Origin: Psammoneis japonica | Lineage: Eukaryota | NCBI GenBank assembly: GCA_008632985.1 | Contig: QPGO01000047.1 | Span: 326,608-390,607 of the forward strand | Direction: 5' to 3' | DNA: 64,000 nucleotides | Shown: positions 48,941 through 62,687 of the stretch, one piece after another | How the letters are laid out: every line of letters begins with the position of its first letter | Numbering within the stretch: position 1 is the stretch's first letter | Notes under the pieces: model-generated | The model's input: only the letters and a program-made list of their open reading frames with translations | What the model was told of the DNA's origin: nothing | Databases searched by the model: none | Made by a program: the position numbers and the translations under genes

Positions 48941-51900
48941 CTATTCATCCAGAAGACTGGCGTGGAACGACTTGCGTTTATACGTCCGCCCGTGCTGTGA
49001 GCTGCCCGCGTCACCGTTATCGGTTTGTGACGCTCCCATTAGATCGGCGGGCGTAAGAAGCTCAAAAGAGTCCACCATGCTGTTAACGTAGTCAGCTTCG
49101 ACGGGTTGTGAATCAGGAGCGAGGGACAGCATTGAGTGGACGATGGAGCTACCTGCAGGTACCGGAACATCTTCACTCGTTTCTTCCACAGCAATGCCGT
49201 ACGCCGCGGCTCTTGACTTCCGTTCACCCTGATACGACGGCATAGGTTGTAGCAGCGGGTTTCTGGGGCCAGTTCCTTGCAGGTCCTCGGACCCACCATT
49301 GCCATGTGTTTCGCCTTCAGCTCCATCAGCATCATCCAATATACTGTCCAAAAAGTCCATCACATTGAACCCTCCTCCCAACCCGAGAAGCGGTTTCCCG
49401 TCGGCAGGAGATTGCTTCCCAACCACCCTTTCCTCTATTGGTATCGAAGACTTTGGCGGAGCAAGGGGAGACAGACTCAAGTCGGATGTCGCTAACATCT
49501 TTGCTCCCAGCGGCGGTGACATGACTGGGCCAGGAAGAGGTGAAGCGACATCGCTTGAAAAGTACGGATTTGATAGCTCTGAGCGGTCGTCGCCATCGTC
49601 CTTGAGATAAGGTTTGTCGTCTGAGCGAGGAAGCAGAGTCGGCGATTCAACAAAGTCCGTTCCAACTACCTTTTGGATTGATGGAACGGCAGGAAGGTCG
49701 AGATCGAAACTATCCATGGTCGGTGCAGCTTCTCTGCTATCAGAAGACTGAAAGCCAGGAGGAGGAGCCAGACCGGGAGGAGGGCGTATTCCAGAGCTGC
49801 TTGTTGATGCCGAGGGTGACCAAGAAGATGTCGGAGAAGTCACAAGCTCTGACTGTCTCGGAGAAAGCACTTCTGGGGTTGACGACGACGGCCGGATTAT
49901 TCTCGAAGACGAAGACACAGCCTCTTGTCTTGCATCTCCAAAACGGTCCTTGGACGCACGTGAGGCTCTATCCCCGACGCCTGACTGGTCCACACTTTCG
50001 CCTTTCTTTGATAGCTTTGAATTCCCTTTTACTGCTCCGACACTAACTCCGTCGACAACGATCGGTTCATCGGTTTCTTCTTTGCGATTGCGATCACGCC
50101 TGCGTTTCGGTTTCTGCTGCGCGGGCTTCACCTTCTCCCGAGCTGCATTTCGCTGCTTGGGAATTGACGCACTCCCCGTGCGCTTCCAGTCACTGCTCGC
50201 TGGCGCCCCTTTGGCCGCATTATTTTCTCCAGTTTCCTGCTTGCTTTTTAGAGCAAGATCTTGTTTCAGACTCATGCCGCTCGGAACGCTATCTCGAATG
50301 GGCGTGCTCCGTTTCGGGGTACTACCGTAAGGAAGTGTTTGCAGACGATGAAAGGTAAGACTAGAAGAACACGGCATGCTCACTCCCGTCGGCATCTCTG
50401 CGTACCTTTTGATACCATCCCGTGTCTGCTTCTGTCCTTTTTTCTTCTCTCTCCGTTCATGCCGGGTGAACTTTTCTTCTGCGGCATTACTAGCAGCTGC
50501 GACTTGAAGGCTGCTGTCTTTCAGGGGCGCATTACCTGTAACCTTCTCGACAGTCTCCGTGATCGCTAGCGGCATGTCCGATTTCGATATGCGACTGTGT
50601 CCACTTGTGTCCGTGACGGTAGCGGACACGGCCCCGGCAAGTTTCATAGCTTCAACACCACGTCCATTCCGGACCTTCTCTTCGTCTTTCTTCTGAAGTG
50701 AATTTCGCCTCTGCAACAGGTCAGTCGTTTTCATCTGCAACGTCGAGTCGTTCAAGCTCCCCACGGACGACGGATGAATGATGCCGCGAGAAACCGCAGC
50801 TCTCCAACCAAGCCCGCAGGGTATAGCATCAGAGAAGGAAAAAGATTCTACGGCAGAAAAACTTGTACAGTTGGAAAAAATCGAGTCACTCAGCGTGCGG
50901 ATTTTCTCGTTTCCTCCAATGCTGCCTTCCTTTCCACCATTCTTCACCACGGAGCCCCCACCAGACCCAGGTCGTTCTCGCTGGAACCCACCTACGCTGC
51001 TCATACATTGCGGAGAGAGCACTCCCATGCTCTTGTAACGGTTGAGGACAACTTGACGAATCTGCTCTCTTCCAAGTGCCTGAAGCTCTGGCGAGGAGGG
51101 ATCTGTTCGCGCTAGGCAACGGAATGCAGCAGACCATACACTGCTTACACCCGAAGATTCACCTGTCCCATCTTCGCTGCTCCCCAATGCAATATCGCTG
51201 TTGTAAGGGTTTCCCCGGAGAGCTGAGCAGAAGAAAAAGCACGACTTGTTTCTCACTGACACGCCGTGGAAGACAAACGTCCCGAGCACAAATATGGCAA
51301 GAGCTGCTGCCATGGTCCGCAAGTATTCAACAGTGAAACTAACATTGATTTCGGCACCACTCAAAAGCATTTCAGAAGGCCTGGCTGCCATGCCTAATTT
51401 GTAGCCAAGGATTCCTCGATTGTTTTTCTTCTCTTCGAAAGGAACAACCGGTCGACAATCCGCCATTTCGGACTTCGACATGGAGAAGCCAACAAAGAGC
51501 TCAGCTTTCCGTTTCCTGAAAGACCGTTCCCAGTTGTTTGCCTTTGAATGCCTTATGTTACCGGAAGCGGAAACTGAATAGTTGCCAATGCTTTCCAGAT
51601 CAACTGCGGAGGACCTGCGGTACTCAAAATTTAGAGTTACGTATTCCTGTCGGAAAGTACAATCCGGACGGTGCTCGATGAAGAGTGTGCGATTGTGTCC
51701 TGGTAGAAGACGAAAGCCGCGGCTCAAACTGCGCTTCCCCTTCTTCCCAGTAACCTGAACCGATTGGTCGTCTGAGCAACCAAGCAATCGAAAGTTTCGA
51801 TATGAGCAAAAATCAGAACTATGCCCGATTCCAAAAAGCATTTTTGGATACTCGTCAAATGGCTTTGTTGCATCGCGCCCACCCCGCGAAGTCCCAACGG

Positions 51901-54900
51901 ATGCATCGGAGAAGTAGACAGCAGAAAAATCAACCTGCACGTCACCGGCATTGTGAACGACAACCCCTTTCACTACCGGAGCGTCATGTGAACGCCCCGC
52001 TTTTCTGTGACCAGTGCCTGAGAACATAAGGGTTTCACGTCCATGTCGATTCTCAATGTCACCAACAACTTCTTCTGTACTGCTGTCCGGTCCAGCATCG
52101 AGAAACACTACTCTTTCCCACAAACCCTTCCCTCGGAGCAGAACACGCTCGAGACCATTAAGGGAATTTTCGAGGAAAACCATTGATTCGAAGTACTTCA
52201 TACGACAAGATTCACGGTCTGCTGCTGCGTAATGGCTGCCTTTCTCGGTTGAAAAGTCGCAACCCAAAATCGGACGGCGCCCGGGAGGACGAAAGTAGAC
52301 TGGTCCCAGCTCCATCTCTCCATACGGAGGGACTATCACTTCGCCTTGAGACGAATAAGGAATGGCAAATGCAGAAGGGCCATTCCGACTTGGGATAGCC
52401 CCACCGGCGGAAAAGACCGGGTCCGATATTTGTACCCCGTTAAATTGTGCGTTTAAGCTCGGGCGGCCCAACAAGGTAGTACCCGACGCTGCTGAAGCTC
52501 CGAACGGGCTTAATTCTATTGGCATGCTCTCGCTATTCCTGCCGTAGTTCATACCCTGATTCACGCCCGCCATATCGCGGTCTCCACATCGACGCCCACA
52601 TCCCATTAAGAATGCTGAAGTGCCATGTAGTGAAGGGTTCACCAAACTTACGTGAGCTCCTGCCCCGGCTGTTATTGTGACATTGTGATGAGACTGGATG
52701 ATATTCCCGTTTTCGTCGGGGAGAAAGAAGCCGCCTACTCCATCCCACCAAAGCATTGCATTTGTGCGACTGCTGCTAGAATGGCCATTCTGGACAAAAG
52801 CTGCATCCTGGCTCATGAGGTAACCGTCGAGCGCACTGCCGGACACCGAGGAGCTGGATTCCGCGGGGTCGTTCAACCATTCACTATTCTCATGAGCGGC
52901 TGTCGGAGTAGAAGAGAGGCGCACCTTAACTGGTACCGCGGTTGGATTCCGAATAGGAATGGTCAAAGCAACGACATTTGAAACAAGTGCAGAAGGAAAA
53001 TCCAACACAGACAAAACCTCGTCTCCAGAAGTCTTGGGACGACGTGTCCGTTGCTTAGATCTTGTACAATCGAAAAGCCTCGGAGTAGATAATGTCGTTT
53101 CAAGATGTAACCCATTCATTGCGACGTTGAGGCTCCGTGTGTCCGCTTCATTGGAAGGCGCCTCACAGCACTTCTTTCCGTCATTCCTCCCATGACAAAC
53201 ACACGATTCGGTACCGTTTGTACTGTCCGAATATGAGTAGTCAATGGTTGCTCGTAGGCTGGAGCTCACTTTGTTGAAACCAAGCTCGGAAACAGCATTC
53301 CACGATTCTGTCAGGTCCGCAAACAGATCGACTTTCTCCAGGGTTAGAATCTTATGCAAACTTCCACCGCAAGCCGTCACTGAATCGCCATCTTTTCTCT
53401 GGACGCTGTTGGGTGCAGCTAAGTCCGATTTTTGCAAGAGAGGGTGAGGGTTACTTCTTTTCCATCCGCCGTAGACTTCATCCAGATGTGCCACTGCCTT
53501 TTTCAACGCAGATTTCGCTCGAGACAGCACCTCATCTTCTGTCACGTCATTCCATCGACGAGTCCTATCCAAAGTCAGCTCTACCCCGCAACCTCGAGGT
53601 TGCAGGACTGGGCGGCTTTCTAGCCAACTAAGCGCGCAATGGTAGAAGGAAGGGAACTCACCCAGTTCAAAAACGTGCTGCCCCGCTCCCGGAGGTTGAT
53701 GCGGTAGACAAGATATTGAACTATGAACAGTACCAATTTGGACACCACGCCCGGGGACGAAGGGGGTACCATCGCCACCAACGGGGTCGTCACGTCTTCT
53801 AAGAAGCACCTGAAACCATGGATTACAGGATTCAACTTTCCTTAATCGTACTTCTCGTGAAAAACTTGAGTTCAAGTAGAGCGATATGTTTCTGGACTCG
53901 CCACTAATCAGAGGGAGTTGACTCGTGCTGATGGATGAATGGGCGGAGGCTTCGGGGAAGATGATGATGCCATCATTTGGTGTCCGATCATCGAAGAAAG
54001 ATTCGCTATCGTGTCGACGAAAGAGAGAAGGTGGGACGCTGACAACGTTTTCATTGTTCCTGGCGTTCAACCTCTTGCCAACTGCGCATTCCGGAGTCAC
54101 TGATGTCGCTGGAACGTGTGTGAACTGAAGTTGCCCCACAAGCGCTTCAAAGCTGGAAATAATGGGCATTACCTGGCCGAAACTTGTCGAAAGCATGACA
54201 CCGGTTGATATGAAGGGCGAAACGTCCTTGTGAAGACTCTCTTTCGGAGGTCCGCGGACCTTGACATCAAGCCGCGCGACACCGCCTGGGGGGATTTCGA
54301 TTCGCTTTGGGCTTTCCTCTTTAGTTGCGAAACAGGACGAGGAGTTATAAACTGTACCAAGTGGATAAAGCCGCTGTTGATCAGCGGACAACAGGAGAGG
54401 CCAGCGCCCGTCGCGTCCGAAACTACGTTGATCTCGAAACATATTCTCGGCTCCGTTGCTGGGTTGATAGACAGGTGAGACGCATTGGTCAACCTGGTTC
54501 CTGTGGAAACGCACCGTCGCACTTTCCTTGTAAGCCTTCCGTAGCAGCGGTTCAGTTTCGACAGCCCTACGACTCAGCGCTACGGCATCCTTCTGGGCAA
54601 AATTCGCAAACCACGACATCGATTTCTCGGTTGATGCAAGAACCTGGCGCAGACCATGAAAAGAGTGTCCCGCCCATCTCCCAGATGAAACCTTTTCGTT
54701 CGAAGACACATCTTGAAACGGCAGGTAGTCAAGAGGACTACTACCGTCACCTTTTTCACGCGCGCTGTCAAGTCCAAGCGTGATGCTAGTTCCTTCCACC
54801 CTGCGGCATCAACAAAAAGTTCTACTGGAACTGGGTTGTGATTCGTCATGTAGAGTGGTGTGGTTTTAACTTCTCCGTGACCAACTGCTCCATGTTCGAT

Positions 54901-57732
54901 CAGAATCGGGTCCAGATGACTGCTCTCCCTGTCTGAAAAGTTGGTAAGGTCGAGGAGATATCGGCACAGCAGGTATGATTCGTGAGTAGTTGAAGTGCTC
55001 GTGCACTTATTCGACAACGCCTGCTCCTTCCCGGGATACAATTTGCCGAGCGTCGAAAAAAGAGCTAATCCCGAGAAAGAAGACTGGAATGAAGCGAGGA
55101 CGTTGTCGTATCCGGATACAGAAGTGGACCGCCCGCCACGTGGAATGTCTTTGGCTGAAGATTCGTTCGTGGCAGAACGTTTCTTCGAAGAATTGTCACC
55201 AATGCGTTCGAATGTGGAGGCCTCAAGCATGCCTGAGTATATCAATAGAGGAAGGCGGCTGCCGGTACGAATAGGATTTGTGGAAACTTCAAGGTAACAC
55301 TTCTGGGGTACGACAACATCAGGTGCGCCAAACTTCGGTGACGTCTTTGGCACATACTTTAATCCGATTGTTCCCAGATGAAACACTTGGGTTCCAATTC
55401 TGGTATCTGCTGCACCTATTCCAGTAAGAAAAAAGGTCTGAAAGCGATTGCATAAGCGCGAATCACCAGAACCCCGAATGGCCACACGGGATTTGTCAAC
55501 TGAAAGAGACATCGGGCTGAAAACCTTAAGTCGGCGGTCGAACGTTTCCGCTGTACTCGAAAATTCTTTCCCTCTTGCTTTATACATTGGGAAAAACAAA
55601 GCTGAGATAGCTGGAAGGTGTGGGGCAACAGGCGTTTCAGTAGTCAAAACCGACTCTTCAAAAGACGCGGCGTCTTCCATAACAAAATCTACCATGCCAT
55701 CCGTGACATATACCGTGTACGGGATTTCCAATCGCAGATGAGGTTCCAAGTCGGGGTTGATCTTCGCTTGCTCACTCCATTCCTCATATGACATTGACAA
55801 ATTGGCTGATGCACGGACAACAATGGTTCCGTTGAAGCTAACAGCTCGTCGAGCTGGACCAAACCCTAACGACGACAAATCCGGCCCAACGCTGCATGAA
55901 AGGAGCATCATATCTTTTGCTATGCAGCCTGGAGGTATTGGTTTCATATCAGAGGCCCGCTTGACAAAAGCGCATTCGCAATCTCTTTCGCAAGCATCGT
56001 CAATCGGAGACCCGAACGTCACATTCATTTTCAGCGTCGTTTGTGGCGCCAGTTCTGTTACCATCAGCATGGACTTTGCGACCATCAGCTTAACAGGCTG
56101 AGAGAAGTCGTTGCGTAAGGCAAGTTTTATTACCGCATTGGACGCCGTGGAGGTGACAATAAGAAACTCAGCCTTAGAGGGGACGGCGCTGATTGCAGTT
56201 AGAAACGCCGGGTCTGCGCGAAATCTGGGATCCAAGCTATGCAGCGGATTTCCACGCTCAGGCTTTGGTAGAGAAGTTGAACTGGCATTATAGCCACCTA
56301 TTTGCGCGTCTTGATCCTCAAACTCTTGAATCATTTTGTTTACATCGCTCAGAAAGTCGTCGGTTCTTATCACATTTGTAGCATCAGAGCGACGCTCGCG
56401 TTCCAGTATGATGAACAGAGTATCTCTGTCTGTTCTAACTTGTAAATACCCCAGACTGACCTCATTGACTCCAGCGTCCATTGAAAAGCCTTCTGGTATG
56501 GCACCAGTCAAGGACGGCGCACCTCTTGGTATGGCACATATTGACGCAACATAGACCTCTCGAGCTCCAGGTGATATGATGAACGGGCCACCAGCACTCC
56601 AGCCACGTCGAATACCATCTCTGCTCGACTCTCTGCTGTACACAATGTCGTGTTGCACCGACACCGAATCGGCTCGTGAAACCATAATTTCGCGTACTTC
56701 CAATTGTTGTGTTGCTGATGGATTAGATATATGTAAGTGGTAACAATCTCTGGGCGACTCATCAAAGAAAATGATTGTATCTGGCACATCGTAATCGTTC
56801 TTTCGAACCGTCGTCGCAGTCACGGGATAATCGAACTGGCCTCGTGACGTATCCACAACCAAGGTGGCTCGCACTTTGTACTCGCCATCACCGTAAACAT
56901 GTCGCTGCCCAATATTATTTCTCTGAGCTCGACCACCACCATCTAAGTTGTCATCTCCGTTCAAGTCCTCTAAATTATAGACATTGGAATCACTTAGCAC
57001 AGGAGCATCGTGATCATCATCGGAGGAGTCTCCCCGCTGCAGGGTTGGCCTCGGTTTGTTGCTACGGCCGTTTCGTTTCTTTTTCTTAGAAGACTCCTTC
57101 AGATGGGGATACCTCGGTAGAAAGGTTAAAGGGACAAGCGCTACTGAATTCGGTTGAAGGGTCAGGCCGCCTTGTTGCAAGCGCAGCACCTGAAACTGGG
57201 CCGGAAGGAACTCCTTCTCATCAAAGCTGTCTCGATCGGGAACATTGAAGATCGTCTCTTCAGGCCTCGCTTGAATTGAACGAATCGTAATGGGCTCGCT
57301 GATATCCTGTGAGTACAATGAGCGTCGAGGAGGAGGGCATAGAGAGGGTAAGTACGGGTTGGTAAGACGGCAAAACGTGCCGCTGGTCTCCCATGGCCGA
57401 CGCAGTGTCCACAAAATTTCCTCATGAATGACCATACAGCCCTATGATGTCATCAAGTTCATAAATAAATTCTGCTTATTTATTGAACACAGAAGGCCGC
57501 CGTCCACCAACACTAAATACAACAAGTCACAGGGCAATTTTACGACGTCAAGGAGACATACCAAATTCACGATTTCAACTTGCGCGAGGAGGTGGATGCA
57601 GGACGATCCCCGCTGGAGCCCTTCCTGACGGACCGACACCCTCAAACGTGCCTCATCAATGGTAGTCGCCCAAACGCTAAGAATAACAATGGACGACACC
57701 AATGCAAGACACCACCGTCGTATGCTCCACAT
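48941..57732 (-). CDS. TMEM131-like very large membrane protein (~2900 aa)
   Basis: Signal peptide; intron 57442-57561 (GTATGT...TAG); Ig/ASH-like motifs (MTNHNPVPV, IRNPTAVPV, GPVYFRP, FLENSLNGLERVLLRGKG, IEHRPDCT); single TM segment then a low-complexity tail. One-base frameshift at ~54800. Confidence 0.7.
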
Positions 57733-58247
57733 TGTTGTTGCTTTACGTAGGAGAACTTCACCTCATTTGCTGTTGTCTCTCTGAAGTCGATGATTTCTCA
57801 CAGCGTGGAGGTGATTGTGTGTGAATCGAGTTCCGAGTGGAGGGCTACGTAGGGATTTGTACCAAAAGATATGTACATGTAACATGGTAATGATTCTACG
57901 TCAGGGGCATTGCACATACAATTCCAACGTACGTTGTACGGAGTGTACACATTCAATCTTTATTCAGTGCTTAGGACGATATAAAGAACACACATACAAC
58001 ATATAAATGCATAGACATAACATTTCAAAAGATTGTCTGTAGGTTCGCTCACATGGGGTTCGCTGCGGTTGTTCAAATGATAATGCTGTAATGCTAACCC
58101 TCTCTTGCTTGTGCCTAAGTCGCCTCTCCCAGGGCAAGGTAAATCACCTATGAAACATTATGAAAGCAATAATGAGAAATTCCCACTTGTTTAGTGTGAG
58201 TTTCTCTCCCTAGATAAAGGAAACACCCCCCGCTTATTCCACATTTC

Positions 58248-58874
58248 CTAAACAAACCACCCACGAACTGACAACAGCCTTTCAGTAAACAGTTGAAGAA
58301 ACCACAGCTTGTGATGAAAAAGATCTTGTTCCATCATGAATCCCGAATTGGCAATTGTCAATAGAACCAGTGTCAATGTACCCATTGCAACTCGAACTCT
58401 AAAAACAACAATTGCATATTGTGTGAACATCCGACTCTTCTCTTGCCGAGCTGACGGAAGCTTTGCTTTGGACTCTCGCTTTATTCTTGTAATGATGATT
58501 TGAAGAAGTTCTTGCTGAACATAAAGAAACACTTGAGAAAAAATGATATCGACAATGGCAGAGACGACGTCTAGATTCGGTTGACCGTTCGTAGCACTGA
58601 CATTGTTGGAAGGCAGCGTCAGTAGTATCCAAGTAGAATAGATCCCCATCAATACCCGTCCCGTACCAGTGATCGTGACAAATAACAAGAAAAATGGTAA
58701 CAGTTTTTGAATAGTGGAGCTCGAAAAGAACCGTCGTCGTCGTGCTACTCTCCGCTTACGCCTAACCTTTCGCTTTCTTGGACTATTGTCATGTTTCGTG
58801 TCGTCGACAATAGGGTTTTCTTGTTCGTGTACACCATGATGATGATGACGATGGCGAACGTTGCTTTGCATCAT
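58248..58874 (-). CDS. Hypothetical membrane protein (possibly partial or disrupted)
   Basis: Basic N-terminal stretch followed by a hydrophobic segment; no recognisable domain. Confidence 0.3.
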   Translation of the reverse strand: MMQSNVRHRHHHHGVHEQENPIVDDTKHDNSPRKRKVRRKRRVARRRRFFSSSTIQKLLPFFLLFVTITGTGRVLMGIYSTWILLTLPSNNVSATNGQPNLDVVSAIVDIIFSQVFLYVQQELLQIIITRIKRESKAKLPSARQEKSRMFTQYAIVVFRVRVAMGTLTLVLLTIANSGFMMEQDLFHHKLWFLQLFTERLLSVRGWFV

Positions 58875-59163
58875 GCATGTAGTGACAAGCGATACGACGG
58901 TCTTCAAGTGTGCGCAAAAGAGAGCGAGGAGATGGGAACGCGGCCGAGATTTTGCAAAGTGCCGCTGCGTGCCGTCAAAAAAGAAAAAAGTGAGGCGGGT
59001 CATCGGGTCATTGCATCGGTCATTCTGGATTCGTCAGCAGTTTCCCGCCAAAACGAAAAAATGAGCGAAAGACACTGACGCATGAATTTGACGACCAACC
59101 CTCCTGCTAAATACGGTTACAACCCGCACAGCAAAGCTCATTGCAGTAGTAGCACTACTGGCC

Positions 59164-59484
59164 ATGCCACTAACACAAGTAAACGCCTCAAGTGTTCCTT
59201 CAGAATCAGTGTCTCCAAAATGTGCTGGACTCTGCGATGCGCTCACAAAGAAAAAGAAGCAAATCAAGCTGCAGGACACCGGAAGCTCCAAGAATAACGC
59301 GCTTGTAGAGTTTCTCAAGTGCAAGTCCAAGGCATCCAAAACCTGCAAAGAACAAGAAAAAGAGCGCACGTTGTGTTACAAAAGCTTTGTGGGAACCGGC
59401 TCGCACAAGGGACAGAGGCATTGTGGCGAACCGCTGGGAGACTTGTGCACATGTGCACTTGAGTCTCTTGAAAAAAGGGAATGA
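59164..59484 (+). CDS. Twin Cx9C small protein, probably partly hypermutated
   Basis: CKEQEKERTLC and CGEPLGDLCTC both have Cx9C spacing. Region is TpA-poor. Confidence 0.55.
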   Translation: MPLTQVNASSVPSESVSPKCAGLCDALTKKKKQIKLQDTGSSKNNALVEFLKCKSKASKTCKEQEKERTLCYKSFVGTGSHKGQRHCGEPLGDLCTCALESLEKRE

Positions 59485-59798
59485 GTAGAGCAGGTTGCAA
59501 GTGTGTCAGTGCTTTTGGCTTTGGCGGTTTGGATTCTCGTTGCAAAGAAGGCAGATGAACCCTGAACTGAATTGCCTTTTTCATCAAAGTTTTTGTTGGA
59601 ACGAGAAGATGCAGAATTGTTCAAGGTTGATGCGCCGCTGGGCAGCAATGCGCAGTTCTTTGTTGCGCTCCCTCCTAAAACCTGCTTTTGATCGAGTGAG
59701 GCCCTCCAATGTACTTTGGAAAGAGACGTCTCCTCATGTCGGACATGTTCGATGCAGAACAAAAGCAAGTCCATTTGCCGTGCACACTCATTCCAGGA

Positions 59799-60188
59799 GA
59801 CGCGTTCCAGCCCTGGGTGGGACTCCGTGTGACATTGGGCCCGTAGAATTCTACGTGCGAGCTCCGTATTACGAGAATTTAATTAATGGATATATTTATC
59901 TTCAACATCAAATAAACGGCCAAGTTTGTGGTACAATTATGCCTCTTACCACTCGACGTTTTTGCAACTTCGCCTGCCCTACGCGATTCTTAAGACATTG
60001 TAGAATCGCGCTGTAACAAAAAATGTCAAAAGTTGTTGGACGGATCGCTCAATAAGTGTACCGTAAAATGACACAAAATGTCGAAAAAATCACGTAGAAA
60101 TCTACGTGCGCGACATACGACGAGACTCAAAAAACTGTCGATGTCACAGTTCAGTAGTACGAGGTCCCACCTAGACCTGGAACGCGTC
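59799..60188. mobile_element. MITE copy B (390 bp), near-pristine
   Basis: TIR GACGCGTTCCAG / CTGGAACGCGTC. TSD AGGA at 59795-59798 and 60189-60192. Confidence 0.95.
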
Positions 60189-60520
60189 AGGAAGCATCAA
60201 AACAGAAGGCGGAGGAGGCATGCTTGGCGACATCTTTTCAAGGATTTTCGCCCTGTTGGCCTGCCGCAGCAAAAGACATAAAGCAGGCCAAAACAGTGAT
60301 GGAAAAAACCCACGACCTTGCTCGCTGGGTGCTGGATCAACCAGAAACTGCTGCAACTCTTGCCTCCAAGGCGATTCGCGCAAAGTGCATTGAAAATGTC
60401 CTTCTTGGTGCCTCGAGTTTCACAATCAAGCTGCATTCTTTCCATCTTCCGCAAGAAATGTTTCGAGCATTGAGGCCTTTACTCTCAAATGGTTTTGATC
60501 TGAGGGGACATGCAGGTGGA

Positions 60521-61171
60521 ATGGACCCACTTGGCCTGACTGCAACCAGAGATGCTGCGTGGTTTGTTGGCATTTGTTCTTGATGACTGGCAGCAGAGTG
60601 TGGCTGCTGTCAATCTGTGCTGAACAAGAGACAAGTCTGCAGCTGGTCTAAAGGGTGCCACACCAGTCCGCCGGCAGTGACGTCCTTGGCCTTGGACAGA
60701 ATGATTGCGAATGCAAGCTGTGACAAGAACGACGAGAATGGATCTACTTGGCCTGACTGCAACCAGAGATGCTGCATGGCCAGTTGGCATTTGTTCTTGA
60801 TGACCAGTGGCAGAGTGTGGCTGCTGTCAATCTGTGCTGAACAAGAGACAAGTCTGCAGCCAGTCTCAAGGGTGCCATGCCAGTCCGCCGGCAGTGGCGT
60901 CCTTAGCCTTGGATCGAATGATTGCGAATGCAAGCTGTGAAAAGAACGACGAGAATGGATCTACTTGGCCTGGCTGCAACCAGAGATGCTGCATGGTTGG
61001 CTGGCATCTGTTCTTGATGACTGGCAGCAGAGTGTGGCTGCTGTCAATCTGCACTGAACAAGAGACAAGTCCGCAGCTAGTCTAAAGGGTGCCATGCTGT
61101 TCCGCCGGTGGTGACGTCCTTGGCCTTGGATCGAACGATTGCGAATGCAAGCTGTGACAAGAACGACGAAT
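60521..61171. repeat. 217-bp tandem repeat, three units
   Basis: Units start at 60521, 60738 and 60955 (atgga...aagaacgacga). Confidence 0.95.
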
Positions 61172-61760
61172 GGTGCCACTAAAACCAGTTTACGACGACA
61201 CGGAGAAGTGTTGGTTAATTTTTTTTTTGTTTTTTGATGTTTGCATTGTACAAGACTCTGCTCATCTTGATTGAATGAAACCAAAATAGATTGCCCAACT
61301 GAGTTAGAATGGCAAAGCGTCTCCTGCAGAGGGAGCAAGAGTTTCTCGTGTTGAACAGTTTCCTCGACTTCAACTTTCCTTTCTCGATTGTTTGACAGGC
61401 ACCCCTCCACTTTCGAAAAAGAAGGCACCACCTTCACACCGGTGCGAATTTGAGTTTGATTGCCATGTGAATCTCTTGTTCTCGTTCACATGCTCTGTTC
61501 GGAAACAATGACATGTTTCGGAATCAGCTCGAATTAAATGTGCATCCAACACGAGCTTGAACTCAAGACCCAATGCAGTCAATCAAACTCTCACTCAAAA
61601 GCACAAAGATGGTCGCCCTCTGATCTCGACAGCAAAGGCCTTTTTTCGAAAAAAAGAGAGCCCGAGTTGAACAAAGAATTCAACACGCAAACTCGTCACA
61701 CCGCACCCACATTTAACACTCGGCAATCCTCCCCTGTCGAACATCTTGTTGGAATGATTG

Positions 61761-62687
61761 TCACAAGATTGCACTGACGACATCCCCTTCCCCCCATTGA
61801 GCACCTTGCAACATGTTGCAATCCGGATCGTCGTCAAAGATGTCAATAAAAACCTGAATGTGACCTGAGCCAAGCTGGTCCGTCAGGTGGTCCTCGGTCG
61901 TCTGCTTCTCACGTCCGTCGCCCAATTTCACGTCGTAGAACGGGTCAAGGTCATCGTCAAAATAGACCCTTAAAATCTTTGCTCTCCACGTCTTGTTTGA
62001 ATGGCGACAATGCACGCACTGTCCCTTTTTGAATTTGGACGTTGGCTCCTTCCAAGGCTTCTTGACAAGGTCGTCGCGATGGCCCGACAGATCGTCCTCG
62101 GTTGATGGTAAAAACGATCCCGCCAAGTGCACACGAATGAGAACAGCCAGTGCCACTGCCAACATGAGACGCAAGAGAAATCCCATGAGGCTGCTGATGT
62201 CAAAATTCTTGAAAGCCATGCCGATGTGAAACACGACAACCGCAGCAGTCAAATCGAAGCGCTTCAAGACGGCTGCTGCGCTCGCGAAGTCGAAACGCTT
62301 GATGCATTCCTTGGACATGCCAACAACGAGTCCCGTGCACTTCAATGAGATGGTTTTGGACTTGATGGCAACGAAATGGAGTTGGCTCCAGATGGGAGAC
62401 CCGATGATGGAGGACCAAATCGATTTGACAGTGACGTTCGGAAACCACTGCTGCTTGATGTGCAAAAAGTCCTCCGTGAGCCCCAACAACCCCTGGCACA
62501 ATCCGTAGATAAACGTCGAGAATGTCGTGATAGAAACAACATCGAGATCTTGTAGTAAGGCGCAACAGCCGACCCAAAGAGCAAAACGAAGCCAATCGCT
62601 CGCGCTCTTGCGTTGAATCACAACTGCAATCAAGTCACAGTGGCTGACATTGACAACGGCGTTCATAAAGAGGATAGAGGACATCAT
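61761..62687 (-). pseudogene. Membrane protein with the same SH3/Tudor-like domain as 15096-16300, partly mutated (gene or pseudogene)
   Basis: KFKKGQCVHCRH..RAKILRVYFDDDLDPFYDVKLGDGREKQTTEDHL aligns by eye with the domain near 16000. TpA-poor. Confidence 0.55.
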
